From: Flavobacteriales bacterium
GTDB taxonomy: Bacteria > Bacteroidota > Bacteroidia > NS11-12g > UBA955
Reading direction: 5' to 3'
DNA: 64,000 nucleotides
NCBI GenBank assembly: GCA_947463095.1
Contig: CANHRE010000005.1
Location: forward strand, 1,120-65,119
Shown here: piece by piece, positions 47,665 through 57,354 of the stretch
How the letters are laid out: every line of letters begins with the position of its first letter
Numbering within the stretch: position 1 is the stretch's first letter
Notes under the pieces: model-generated
Told to the model about the DNA's origin: nothing
Seen by the model: the letters and a program-made list of their open reading frames with translations, nothing else
Databases searched by the model: none
Made by a program: the position numbers and the translations under genes

Positions 47665-49245
47665 ATGAGCTGTTCCTCATGTGGTACTAAAGGAGGCGGC
47701 TGTTCGCCCAAAGGATGTCGCAACAACGGCACCTGCGGCACGGATGGCTGCAATAAATTGAATGTTTACGACTGGCTGAAGGACATGGAGCTTCCCGAAG
47801 ATTATGTGCCCTTCAACATCGTTGAAGTGCGCTTTAAGGGAAGCCGCAAGGAGTTTTACCGGAATGTAGGTCAACTGCCGTTGTACGCCGGCGATTATGT
47901 GCTGGTGGAAGCCGCGCATGGCTTTGATATCGGCATGGTCTCGCTGAAAGGTGAACTGGTACGCCTCCAACTGAAAAAGTACGGTGTAGAGGAAAATCAT
48001 CCGGAGATGCGCAACATTACGCGTGTTCCGGGCGAGCGTGAGTTGCAGCGCTTTCAGGAGTTAAAGGATCTGGAAAACGAAACCCTGGAGACGGCCCGTG
48101 GCATCAGCATGGAGCTGAAACTGGCCATGAAGATCAGCGACATGGAGTACCAGGCCGATGGCAAAAAGGCTACTTTTTTTTATACTGCCGAGCAGCGGGT
48201 AGATTTCAGGGAACTCATTCGACGCTATGCTGAAACCTTCAAGGTGAAAATAGAGATGCGGCATATTGGCTATCGTCAAGAGGCCTCGCGCTTGGGCGGT
48301 GTAGGTTCCTGCGGAAGAGAATTGTGCTGCAGCACCTGGCTTACCGACTTCCGTCAGGTGAATGTAACAGCGGCGCGCTATCAAAACCTGAGCATCAATA
48401 CGCTGAAGCTCAGCGGGCAGTGCGGAAGGCTGAAATGCTGTCTGAACTTTGAGCTTGACAATTACATGGAAGCCTTGAGTGAGTTTCCCAAGGCCAAAAC
48501 CATACGCCTGGATACCGTAAATGGACAGGCCTTATCACAAAAAACCGATGTGCTGAAGCGCATGATCTGGTTCTGTTATGAAGAAGATCAGAACTGGGTG
48601 GCACTTCCGGTGCAAAAGGTGCGCGAGCTGATGGATGCAAATGGACGTGGCGAGAAGGTTGCTGCGCTGAGTGATCTGGCACCTGCCGCGGCCGTCCTGG
48701 AGCGTGTTAGTGCAGCCGGTGATGACCGCGGTGCCGAAGATGATGATGCAGCGCTCGAAAAAGCCGTGCGCGAGCAACTTTCCCGCAAGGAAAAAGACAA
48801 GAGAAACCAGAAAGGCCGGGGAGGAGATCGCCAGGGACGGCGGGATGTCAGGTCGGACAGAAATGTAAAGCCGGATAACAATCAGCCTCCACGGGATAAT
48901 AACCAGCCGCGCCGCGACAACAGGCCACCGCGCGACAACAGGCCGGAAAGGAATGCAAGAACGGATGGCAATCAGCCACCGCGCGACAATCAGCCACGCC
49001 GCGACAACAGGCCACCGCGCGACAACAGGCCGGATAGGAATGCAAGAACGGATGGCAATCAGCCACCGCGCGACAATCAGCCTCCACGGGATAACCAGCC
49101 TCGCCGTGACAACAGGCCACCGCGCGACAACAGGCCACCGCGCGACAATCAGCCGCGAAGGGACAACCGGCCGGACAGAAATATAAAAGGGGGCAACAAC
49201 CAGCCTCCTCTGGACAATCAACCACCCAAAACGCCTGAATCATGA
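47665..49245 (+). CDS. ricT: PSP1/RicT (YaaT) Fe-S regulatory protein with repetitive C-terminal tail
   Basis: Cys-rich N-terminus, RVDFRELI, GSCGRELCC, KLSGQCGRLKCCL. Start moved to MSCSSCG. Confidence 0.9.
   Translation: MSCSSCGTKGGGCSPKGCRNNGTCGTDGCNKLNVYDWLKDMELPEDYVPFNIVEVRFKGSRKEFYRNVGQLPLYAGDYVLVEAAHGFDIGMVSLKGELVRLQLKKYGVEENHPEMRNITRVPGERELQRFQELKDLENETLETARGISMELKLAMKISDMEYQADGKKATFFYTAEQRVDFRELIRRYAETFKVKIEMRHIGYRQEASRLGGVGSCGRELCCSTWLTDFRQVNVTAARYQNLSINTLKLSGQCGRLKCCLNFELDNYMEALSEFPKAKTIRLDTVNGQALSQKTDVLKRMIWFCYEEDQNWVALPVQKVRELMDANGRGEKVAALSDLAPAAAVLERVSAAGDDRGAEDDDAALEKAVREQLSRKEKDKRNQKGRGGDRQGRRDVRSDRNVKPDNNQPPRDNNQPRRDNRPPRDNRPERNARTDGNQPPRDNQPRRDNRPPRDNRPDRNARTDGNQPPRDNQPPRDNQPRRDNRPPRDNRPPRDNQPRRDNRPDRNIKGGNNQPPLDNQPPKTPES
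48870..49225 (+). repeat. Coding tandem repeats: 18-bp (NQPPRD/NRPPRD) units nested in an 87-bp duplication
   Basis: GAATGCAAGAACGGATGGCAATCAGCCACCGCGCGACAATCAG occurs at 48951 and 49038; many CCGCGCGACAA units. Confidence 0.92.
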
Positions 49246-49997
49246 GCCGCGGAGCGGTAGTCATCAGCGGGTCGGGCAGCGGTATAGGCAGGGCCATGGC
49301 GCTGCAACTTGCCGAAGAGGGCTGGCAATGCCTGCTGCTGGGCCGCCGTGAGGAAGCCTTGCAGGAAACGCTGGCCTTACTCACTGGCACTGGCCATGCA
49401 CTGGCCAGCGGAGATGTGCGCGACAGGGTCGTGATGCAGCAGATAGCGGCAAGATGGTCAGGTATACCTATCAGAGCCTTGGTAGCCAATGCCGGGCTGG
49501 GTGGTGAGAACCACTACGGCGAAGACGACCGCTGGGAAGACATCATCAGCACCAACCTCACTGGTTCCTATGAATTTGTGCAGGCTTTCCTGCCGCACCT
49601 GTGCTCGGATGCTACTTCACCTGCGCACATCCTGTTCACCAGCAGTGTGCTTGCCCGTCTTGGCGTAGCCGGATATACCGCCTATTGCGCCAGCAAGGCA
49701 GGCCTATTGGGTCTTATGCGCAGCTGGGCTGTGGAACTGGCTCCACGCAACATCCTGGTGAATGCCATCTGTCCGGGTTGGGTGGAAACGGATATGTCGC
49801 GCGCGGGTTTGGAAGGGTTGGCTGAGCATCTGGGCATTACGGTGGAAGCTTTTCACGACATAGCCATGAAATCAGTACCGCTGGGTCGTATGAGCAAACC
49901 TGAAGAAATTGCCGAACTCACAGCATACCTGTTGAAACAACGCAGCATCACAGGGCAAACGCTGGACATCAATGGCGGCAGCGTAATGAACAGCTGA
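49242..49997 (+). CDS. SDR-family oxidoreductase
   Basis: SGSGSGIG, ANAG, YCASK (YxxxK), NAICPGWVET; ATGA-coupled to ricT. Confidence 0.93.
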   Translation: MSRGAVVISGSGSGIGRAMALQLAEEGWQCLLLGRREEALQETLALLTGTGHALASGDVRDRVVMQQIAARWSGIPIRALVANAGLGGENHYGEDDRWEDIISTNLTGSYEFVQAFLPHLCSDATSPAHILFTSSVLARLGVAGYTAYCASKAGLLGLMRSWAVELAPRNILVNAICPGWVETDMSRAGLEGLAEHLGITVEAFHDIAMKSVPLGRMSKPEEIAELTAYLLKQRSITGQTLDINGGSVMNS

Positions 49998-50032
49998 TAT
50001 GATGCTGCATGTAATGAAAAGGGAAAGCAGCG

Positions 50033-51760
50033 ATGAAGTTCCGGTATATTGTGTTTCTTGGTATCATCTTATGCACCCGGAACGCAGCAACGCAGAATCC
50101 GTCCGGCAGTGCAGACAGCATACTTATGCTGCAATACCCCGCTCGCATTATGGGGATGGTTCGCTGGTTCCAGGGCGAACTCCGGAATGCAGATGGAAGC
50201 TTTAAGGCTGCCGATCTGGCCGGACGAAAGGCGGTAATTACCCGGTTTCAGCAGGTCGCGATACGCGCGGGCGATCCTAAAGCAGCCTTGTTTGCCCGTG
50301 TAACCCTGCACTCCCATGTGCTGCTGGATACTTCTGCACCTGTTTCTGCAGCAATACGGAATGCCGACCACATTGCATCAATGGCCAGGAGGCTTGACTT
50401 TCCCTACGCGGAAGCCCAGGCTTACCAGGAATTGTCTTTTTTCTTCGGAAGGAAGCAACAGGCTGTAAGGCAGATTTATTACGCACTGAAGTCTTTTGAT
50501 ATATATCAACCGCTTTCAGTGGATCACTATCCATTCAAGAAATACGCCCTTTACAGCCTTGCCCTCGCATACCATAGGCTCTCCAATCACACCGAAGCGA
50601 AAAAATATGCTCTGCTGGCAACGCGCACCGATGGCGGCAACAAATGGGATGACTTGTACCTGAAACACCTGATGGGCGTTATTTACAGAGAAGAGTCTTC
50701 CTGGCAGGAAGCCCGGAAATGCTTTCAAGAAAACTATCAGCGTTCATTGATGCTGGGTTCTTCGAAATGGCTTGCCATTTCCTCCGGGCATTTGGGCATT
50801 ATATATGCCCGAACAGGGCAAAGAGCCTTGGCTTTTGATTTTTTGCACCGTGCGGCAGACAGTTGTTCCGCCCTTGGCATTTTGGACAATGCCGTTATGT
50901 TCAGGTTGGAAATGGCAAGATTTCTTGAGGAAGAAGGTGATTACGTGGCTTTGGACAAGTTACTGAAGTCAGGATTGAAGGAAGACCTACTGCGCGCAGG
51001 TACCCATGCCCAGATGGCTGAGTATTTCAGGCGTGCATCACAGCTGGCCAGGTCCGAAGGAAACTTGTCTGCTGCGCTTATCTGCAGGGATTCTCTGGAA
51101 TTCTACATGGCTTTGGCCGAACACGAAAAAAACCTTCTTGCCATCGCCCAGGTGCATGTACAATTGGGGCAAGAACGATTTAGCAGCATGCTGCAAATTG
51201 AACGATTGAGCAGCAAGAACAGGCAACTCCGGTGGATGCTGCTCTCGGGTCTGGCTATGGCGGCCCTGATACTCCTTGTTTACTCCCAGCAACGAAAGAA
51301 GAAAAGTGCGGAGCGGCGTGCCTCTTTTGCCGAACTGGAAAGGGAAAAGGTACACCTTGAACTGAAAAAGGCGCGCTTGCGCCTGGATGAGTTTATGCTA
51401 ACCCTTCAGCATAAGAATATAGAGATTGATCAACTCCGACAGGAAAGGATGGGGTATTTGCATCGGCAAGTAATCCCTGCTGAAGCCCCAATGGATGAAG
51501 CATTGCGGCGTAACCCGATTATTACGGAACAGGATTGGCAGAAATTCATGGAATTGTTTGAGGGTACCTATCCGGGCTACCTGCGTGAGTTAAAACTCAT
51601 TGTTCCCGATATTACGGCTGCAGAACTTCGCTTCCTGGCGTTAAGCCGCCTGCAACTCAGCACCCGTGAAATGGCGGCCTTGCTGGGTGTAGGAGAATCT
51701 GCCGTCAGGTCTGTGAAATCGAGGTTGCGCAAGAAATTACCTCCGGGCGCCGTGGACTGA
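50033..51760 (+). CDS. Membrane-anchored TPR sensor / LuxR-type HTH regulator
   Basis: Signal peptide, TPR-like helices, one TM, coiled coil, C-terminal ITAAELR...LSTREMAALLGVG..AVRSVKSRLRKK. Confidence 0.85.
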   Translation: MKFRYIVFLGIILCTRNAATQNPSGSADSILMLQYPARIMGMVRWFQGELRNADGSFKAADLAGRKAVITRFQQVAIRAGDPKAALFARVTLHSHVLLDTSAPVSAAIRNADHIASMARRLDFPYAEAQAYQELSFFFGRKQQAVRQIYYALKSFDIYQPLSVDHYPFKKYALYSLALAYHRLSNHTEAKKYALLATRTDGGNKWDDLYLKHLMGVIYREESSWQEARKCFQENYQRSLMLGSSKWLAISSGHLGIIYARTGQRALAFDFLHRAADSCSALGILDNAVMFRLEMARFLEEEGDYVALDKLLKSGLKEDLLRAGTHAQMAEYFRRASQLARSEGNLSAALICRDSLEFYMALAEHEKNLLAIAQVHVQLGQERFSSMLQIERLSSKNRQLRWMLLSGLAMAALILLVYSQQRKKKSAERRASFAELEREKVHLELKKARLRLDEFMLTLQHKNIEIDQLRQERMGYLHRQVIPAEAPMDEALRRNPIITEQDWQKFMELFEGTYPGYLRELKLIVPDITAAELRFLALSRLQLSTREMAALLGVGESAVRSVKSRLRKKLPPGAVD

Positions 51761-51767
51761 GTGTTTG

Positions 51768-51826
51768 TTGCAACGATTTTGCAACGGCCCGACGGCGCAA
51801 CACTGCGCATATTTCCCCCATCTTTG
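51768..51826 (+). promoter_or_regulatory. Direct-repeat operator plus non-consensus -7 box
   Basis: TTGCAACG at 51768 and 51779 (11-bp period), GCAAC at 51797, CATCTTTG at 51819-51826. Confidence 0.55.
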
Positions 51827-51830
51827 ACTT

Positions 51831-54800
51831 ATGAAATCTTTGACCTGCACATTCCTCTTTGCCTTGCTGGGATTAACGGCAGATTTACCCGCACAGCCAC
51901 CAGCCGGGTCGGTGCCGGCGAAGCCGAACATCATATATTACGCCGGAGGCAGTTGCACCTTCTATGATATCAACAACAATGTGCTGCTCTCGGTAAATGC
52001 TGCCGAGGCAAGCTGGTCCGCTTCGCCGGCGAGGGCAGCCTGGGTAGTGGTAAATCCGACCAGCGGAGGGTATTATGAGTTTCCCAACTATTCCGCGAAT
52101 GCGCCTACCTGCAACCTGCGGCAATACCTGCAGCCTTTCTGGAAAAGCGATACCATATTCAACGAGCTGGTGCTGCTGAATGGGGTGAACGCTAAGGCAA
52201 GCCTGATGTATAAACCTACAAAAGTCCTTTCCGTTACCAATTACGATTTCTCGCAGGTTTATCAGGCAGGAACGGATTATGCTGTTAGCGGCAGGGTCAT
52301 CACCCAGCTGAGTACCGCCGTTTCCGCCACCGTAGAGCTGAAAGTAGGCCAGAACAAACTGCTGAATACCAAACCCACATCATGGACCTGCGTTACCTAT
52401 ATCCCTGACCGCAGCGACTGGCGCAGCGATGCCCTGCTGGCTTCAAAAGGAAACCTGCTGCCTAAAACCCTTGCAAAGCTGAAGGCCAAACAATCGTTGG
52501 TGGTGCAGGCCTACGGGATGAGCATCACCGCCGGTCTGAACGTGAGCGGCTTTGCGGGCGATACCAAGAATTTCCCTGTGACCAAGCCTTATATGCACAG
52601 TTATGTGGATTTGTTCTGTGATGAACTGAGCAGGAAATACGGCTCTTCCATTACCAACATCAACGGATCCTGTGGGGGCAAAACTGCTGCCTGGGTGGAT
52701 CAGTACTGTCAGGCCATGGTGAACCCCAATAAGCCCGACCTGGTGCTGCTGGATATGGGCATGAATGACATCTGGGGAACAGCAGCGGCATCCTTCCGCA
52801 GCAGTATGGCCTCCGCCATCCAGAAAATAAAAGCCGATTGTCCGGACGCTGAGTTTATCCTGATTGGCAACATGCTGCCCGACGTAAACGGCACCGGCGC
52901 GCCATCCACCGGCGCCACCGCCATGTACGGCTTCCTTACAGAACTCAAGGGTCTTGAAGCAAACGGTGTCGCCCTTTTTGACATGACCACCCTTAGCGAT
53001 ACCATATACCGTAGAAAGGGCGTTGTTCACTGCACTTCCAATGCGCTGCACCCCAATGATTATCTGGCACGCTGGTATGCCCATGGCCTGATGCAGTTGA
53101 TACAGGAACCCGCCGCAGCAACGGCAAAAACCTATTACGTGAACACCACAGGCAACAATACCGACGGCCTGAGCATTGCCACTGCCTGGACATCGCTCGA
53201 TAAAGTAAACACAGCCGTTTTCAACCCCGGCGACCGCGTGTTGTTTGAAGGAGGAAAAACCTTCACCGGCAATATTGTGCTGGATCAGGCCGATGGCAAC
53301 AGTGCGGCCAATCCTATTCTTTTTGGCACTTATGGAAGCGGAAAGACTACCATTAAAACAACGTTAACCTCCCTGTGTGGGTTCAAGGCCTCCAATACTC
53401 AGGGCATTGTGCTTCAGAACCTGATCTTCACCGGACCGGGCACCGGTACCCAGAAGAATATAGACGGCATTCAATTCTATACCAATAAAAGCTCCGGTTA
53501 CCTCAGCAACATACAGCTGAAGCAGGTTGAAGTGAGCGGATTTGGTTTCTGCGGTATCCAGTTTATGTCGGAATGGAACAATACCGTGAAAGGCGGATTC
53601 CGCGATGTTTGGCTCGACAGCTGCTCTGTGCACCACTGTCGTGAAAACGGAATCGTATCCATCGGATATGATGACCAATCGCTTCAATATTATCAGCATT
53701 TTAATTTCCGCATCACCAACACTAAAGTATACAACATCACCGGCTATGCTGCGTCTATGCACAAGGGCAGCGGCATCGTGCTTTCTCAGGTTGACTCGGT
53801 GTTGATTGAGCGCTGCGAGGCATATGAAAACGGCAGTGGCAATACAGCCTGCGGCGGTCCCGGGGGAATTTGGGTATGGTCGGCCAACAGAGTAAGAATC
53901 CAGTTCTGCGAAAGCCACCATAACCGTTCAGGCAGCGGTGCCGGATGTGATGGGCTTGGTTTTGACCTTGACGGAGGTGTAACCAACTCCATCCTGCAAT
54001 ACAATTATGCCCACGATAATGACGGAGCCGGATACCTGCTTGGCAATTTTCGCGGAGCCCGACCCTGGGGGAACAACATTGTCCGATACAACATCAGCGT
54101 GAACGATGCGCGAACTAATATGAGTCCCATTACCTTGTTCACCGCGCCGGGCACCACTTGGGATGGTTTGCAGTTTTACCACAATACCGTGCATGTAACA
54201 CCCGCCGCAGGTAACAAAACTCCTGAATTCTCGGTGTTCCAGATGACCGATTTCGGCAGCAGCATGGCTAATGTGGCTTGCTACAACAACATATTGTCTT
54301 CCACCGGTGGAATCAGGATGATTCATGTGCCGGCCACCTTCACGGGGCAGAATCCGAAGTTCATGGGCAACCTTTATTGGGGTTCAGGATCGGCAGCCAG
54401 TTTTTTCTACGGAAGCGCCCGCGCCTCGCTGGCAGATTTCCGTGCAGCAGGTGTATATTGTGAAAAGAACGGCGCAGTGAATACGGGGATGGAAGGCGAC
54501 CCTATGCTGAGCAATGTTTCCAAACAACCGCCTACGGTGGCTCCGTTGGCCCCGCAAACGCTGGATGCGTTCAGGCTTCAGGCCGGTAGCCCTGCGCTGA
54601 ATGCTGCCCTGGACCTGAAGCAGTTTTCTGGCATACAGGCTGGCTCCCGCGATTTCTTCGGAAATCAGATTCCACAGGGAAGTGCCGCTGATATTGGCGC
54701 ACATGAGTTGCCACAAGGTTTGGGTACAGCGCACATGGCCCGCCTCAATTCCTGTTTTCAGGTATTTCCCAATCCTGCAGGAACCATGATAAACCTGGAC

Positions 54801-54983
54801 TTCAAGGGCCCGCTTCATGCCCGGGAAGGAAATGTGCTGCTGGCCGATGCTTCCGGAAGAACCATCGCCGTCTATCCTGCAGGAACCCGCAGTATAGATA
54901 TACAGAAACTGAATCCCGGTATCTACCTGTTTATCATTCCTCTGGATGGAATTGCACAGCGGATTTCATGGATGAAGTTATAA
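51831..54983 (+). CDS. SGNH/GDSL esterase fused to right-handed beta-helix domain, with T9SS CTD
   Basis: YGMSITAG, GMND, HPND blocks; TYYV...G...AW..L..VN beta-helix cap, DGLGFDLDGG, NDGAG, DIGAHE; CTD VFPNPA. Confidence 0.82.
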   Translation: MKSLTCTFLFALLGLTADLPAQPPAGSVPAKPNIIYYAGGSCTFYDINNNVLLSVNAAEASWSASPARAAWVVVNPTSGGYYEFPNYSANAPTCNLRQYLQPFWKSDTIFNELVLLNGVNAKASLMYKPTKVLSVTNYDFSQVYQAGTDYAVSGRVITQLSTAVSATVELKVGQNKLLNTKPTSWTCVTYIPDRSDWRSDALLASKGNLLPKTLAKLKAKQSLVVQAYGMSITAGLNVSGFAGDTKNFPVTKPYMHSYVDLFCDELSRKYGSSITNINGSCGGKTAAWVDQYCQAMVNPNKPDLVLLDMGMNDIWGTAAASFRSSMASAIQKIKADCPDAEFILIGNMLPDVNGTGAPSTGATAMYGFLTELKGLEANGVALFDMTTLSDTIYRRKGVVHCTSNALHPNDYLARWYAHGLMQLIQEPAAATAKTYYVNTTGNNTDGLSIATAWTSLDKVNTAVFNPGDRVLFEGGKTFTGNIVLDQADGNSAANPILFGTYGSGKTTIKTTLTSLCGFKASNTQGIVLQNLIFTGPGTGTQKNIDGIQFYTNKSSGYLSNIQLKQVEVSGFGFCGIQFMSEWNNTVKGGFRDVWLDSCSVHHCRENGIVSIGYDDQSLQYYQHFNFRITNTKVYNITGYAASMHKGSGIVLSQVDSVLIERCEAYENGSGNTACGGPGGIWVWSANRVRIQFCESHHNRSGSGAGCDGLGFDLDGGVTNSILQYNYAHDNDGAGYLLGNFRGARPWGNNIVRYNISVNDARTNMSPITLFTAPGTTWDGLQFYHNTVHVTPAAGNKTPEFSVFQMTDFGSSMANVACYNNILSSTGGIRMIHVPATFTGQNPKFMGNLYWGSGSAASFFYGSARASLADFRAAGVYCEKNGAVNTGMEGDPMLSNVSKQPPTVAPLAPQTLDAFRLQAGSPALNAALDLKQFSGIQAGSRDFFGNQIPQGSAADIGAHELPQGLGTAHMARLNSCFQVFPNPAGTMINLDFKGPLHAREGNVLLADASGRTIAVYPAGTRSIDIQKLNPGIYLFIIPLDGIAQRISWMKL

Positions 54984-55055
54984 ATCAGGCCTGAACCGTT
55001 TTTATGCCGCATTAAACTTATGTATCTGCGGTGCTTCTAATTGATTAACTTGCGT

Positions 55056-56618
55056 ATGATGAACCTGAAAAAGTTCCTGCCGGTTCTGAGCCTCAGCTTA
55101 TTACCGGCTGATCCCCTCGCGGCACATAATCCCACCTGGACTGATGGTATTGCCTGCATCATCTATTCGCATTGCACCAGCTGCCACAACCCGAAAGGGA
55201 TAGCACCCTTTTCGCTTGCCACCTATAACGATGTATATCAGAACCGCTACGCCGTAGCGGCTTCGGTTCAGGCGGGCAGCATGCCGCCCTTTCCGCCTTC
55301 GCAGAAAAAACAGCGCTATGCGCATGCCAACACGCTCAGCAATCATGAAGTGAAGGAAATTGCCGACTGGGTGAACAACTTCGCTCCGCTGGGTGATGCC
55401 AACGCCATCCCAACCCCCCCGGCATATAATTCCGGTTACAGCCTGTCAAACCCCGACAAGGTGTTGAAAATCCCCACCTACACGGTGAACACCACCAAAG
55501 ACTTGTATCGCTGCTTTGTGCTTCCCTTGAACAACAACAGCGCACAGTTCATCCGGCAGATTGAAGTAGTTCCCGGAAGCCGCGACATCGTGCACCACGC
55601 CCTCATATTTCAGGATACGTCCGGCAAACCTTTAAGTCTGGATAATGCCGACCCGCTGCCCGGTTATACTGCCTTCGGAGGCACGGGGTCGTCCAGTTCC
55701 GTGTTAATCACGGGTTATACACCCGGTCAGGGTTTGTTTGAATACCCGCAGGGCTTCGGCGCCAGGGTAAATGCCAAATCCTATATCATCATCCAAATAC
55801 ATTATCCCGGCGGCATCAGCAATAGAAAGGACAGCACCCAGGTGCGCATTAAATACGGAACGGGTACGCCCAGGAATATATCCACGGCACCGATACTGAA
55901 CCATTCCGTCTCGCTTAAAAATGGGCCTTTGAGCATCCCACCCAACGTGGTCAAGACCTTTTATGCGGAGTATAAAATCAATGTCAATGTTACGGTCACG
56001 GGTGTATTCCCGCACATGCACCTGATTGGACGCAGCATCAAGGCGTATTTCCTGAGCCCTTCCCGCGATACCACCTGGCTGGTGGATGTGCCACAATGGG
56101 ATTTCCACTGGCAAGGTTTTTATTCCTTCCGGAAGCCCATCCTGGTTCCCGCAGGAAGCACCCTGTATGGTGAAGCTACGTACGACAATACCGTAAACAA
56201 TCCGAATAACCCGAACAGTCCGCCCATCACCGTAAATCAGGGCGAGGGAACCGCCGATGAAATGTTCTTGGTCTATTTTAATTATACAGGCTATGTTCCC
56301 GGAGATACGAACATCATCATCGATACAGCGTCCCATCTGGCCCATCATGCATCCTGTTTTAATACCTCGGGAAATGAGGAATTATATACCGATGAAATCA
56401 CCCTGGCACCCAATCCCGTGCGCGACTGCCTGACGGTGCGCGGACTGGAAGGAAACTTCAATGCCTGCCTGTATTCAGGGGAGGGCAGGGTTGTGCTTCA
56501 GCGCAACATGAGCGGCGCAGTTCCTTTGGATGTCAGCGCTTTGCCTGCCGGTGTTTATTACCTCCGCATACAATCTGCTAACATCGGGGTGCGTTATGTC
56601 AAGGTGCAGAAGGAATAG
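55056..56618 (+). CDS. c-type heme + copper type II (PHM/DBH-like) monooxygenase with T9SS CTD
   Basis: CTSCH...MPP heme domain; VHHA and QIHY, PHMH, WDFHWQ, DEM; CTD LAPNPV. Confidence 0.8.
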   Translation: MMNLKKFLPVLSLSLLPADPLAAHNPTWTDGIACIIYSHCTSCHNPKGIAPFSLATYNDVYQNRYAVAASVQAGSMPPFPPSQKKQRYAHANTLSNHEVKEIADWVNNFAPLGDANAIPTPPAYNSGYSLSNPDKVLKIPTYTVNTTKDLYRCFVLPLNNNSAQFIRQIEVVPGSRDIVHHALIFQDTSGKPLSLDNADPLPGYTAFGGTGSSSSVLITGYTPGQGLFEYPQGFGARVNAKSYIIIQIHYPGGISNRKDSTQVRIKYGTGTPRNISTAPILNHSVSLKNGPLSIPPNVVKTFYAEYKINVNVTVTGVFPHMHLIGRSIKAYFLSPSRDTTWLVDVPQWDFHWQGFYSFRKPILVPAGSTLYGEATYDNTVNNPNNPNSPPITVNQGEGTADEMFLVYFNYTGYVPGDTNIIIDTASHLAHHASCFNTSGNEELYTDEITLAPNPVRDCLTVRGLEGNFNACLYSGEGRVVLQRNMSGAVPLDVSALPAGVYYLRIQSANIGVRYVKVQKE

Positions 56619-56648
56619 GGTCACATCCTGGTTTACAGCGCGCTGGCA

Positions 56649-57272
56649 GTGTTTTTATTGCAATTGAAGCATACTCAAATCCTATTGTGCGCAGCTCTTT
56701 TATCTGGCTGCTCGGAGCAACCTTGGCGTCAGGGGGAGTTGCGAAAACAGGAAGTTGTGGTGGTATGTGTCCAGCCGTTCAGCGACCTGCCCGCAGCAGA
56801 AATTCAAGCCGTTACCCGCTACCTGCGTGCCTGCTTTTCGGAGGTAAAAGTGCTGAAACCTGTTCAACTTCCAGCCTCGGCGTTCTTCAGGCCACGCGGC
56901 CGTTATCGTGCAGAAAAGCTGCTTCAGTTTCTCAATGAACGCACCCCGCCGGGCAATCTTACCATCGGGCTGACAGCAAAGGATATCAGCACCAACAAGG
57001 GCTCAAACCCGGATTACGGCATCATGGGGCTCGGTTTTTGTCCGGGGAAGGCTTGTATTGCCTCCGGCTTCAGACTAAAAGGACAGAACAGATTGGAAAA
57101 ATTCTGTAAAGTGGCCATACATGAACTGGGCCATACGCAGGGGCTGCCGCACTGCCCTGTTACATCCTGCCTGATGCGCGATGCAGAAGGGAAGGATTAC
57201 CTCAATGAAGAAACCGGATTCTGTACAAAGTGCAAGGCTGTTTTGTTGAAGAAAGGGTGGATGTTAAACTAA
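56649..57272 (+). CDS. Archaemetzincin-like (M54) Zn protease, lipoprotein
   Basis: HELGHTQGLPHC...CLM...FCTKC; lipobox LSGC. Confidence 0.88.
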   Translation: MFLLQLKHTQILLCAALLSGCSEQPWRQGELRKQEVVVVCVQPFSDLPAAEIQAVTRYLRACFSEVKVLKPVQLPASAFFRPRGRYRAEKLLQFLNERTPPGNLTIGLTAKDISTNKGSNPDYGIMGLGFCPGKACIASGFRLKGQNRLEKFCKVAIHELGHTQGLPHCPVTSCLMRDAEGKDYLNEETGFCTKCKAVLLKKGWMLN

Positions 57273-57354
57273 CGCTACCGCCCATAACAGCCTTCAGAAG
57301 CGGTTGTGGCAAATCGACATTCATTAAGGAATCAATATCTTGCGCCGTCAGGAT

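Noticed and set aside
48870-49225. CRISPR-like array
   Set aside because: The repeats are in-frame coding units without unique spacers, and there are no cas genes.
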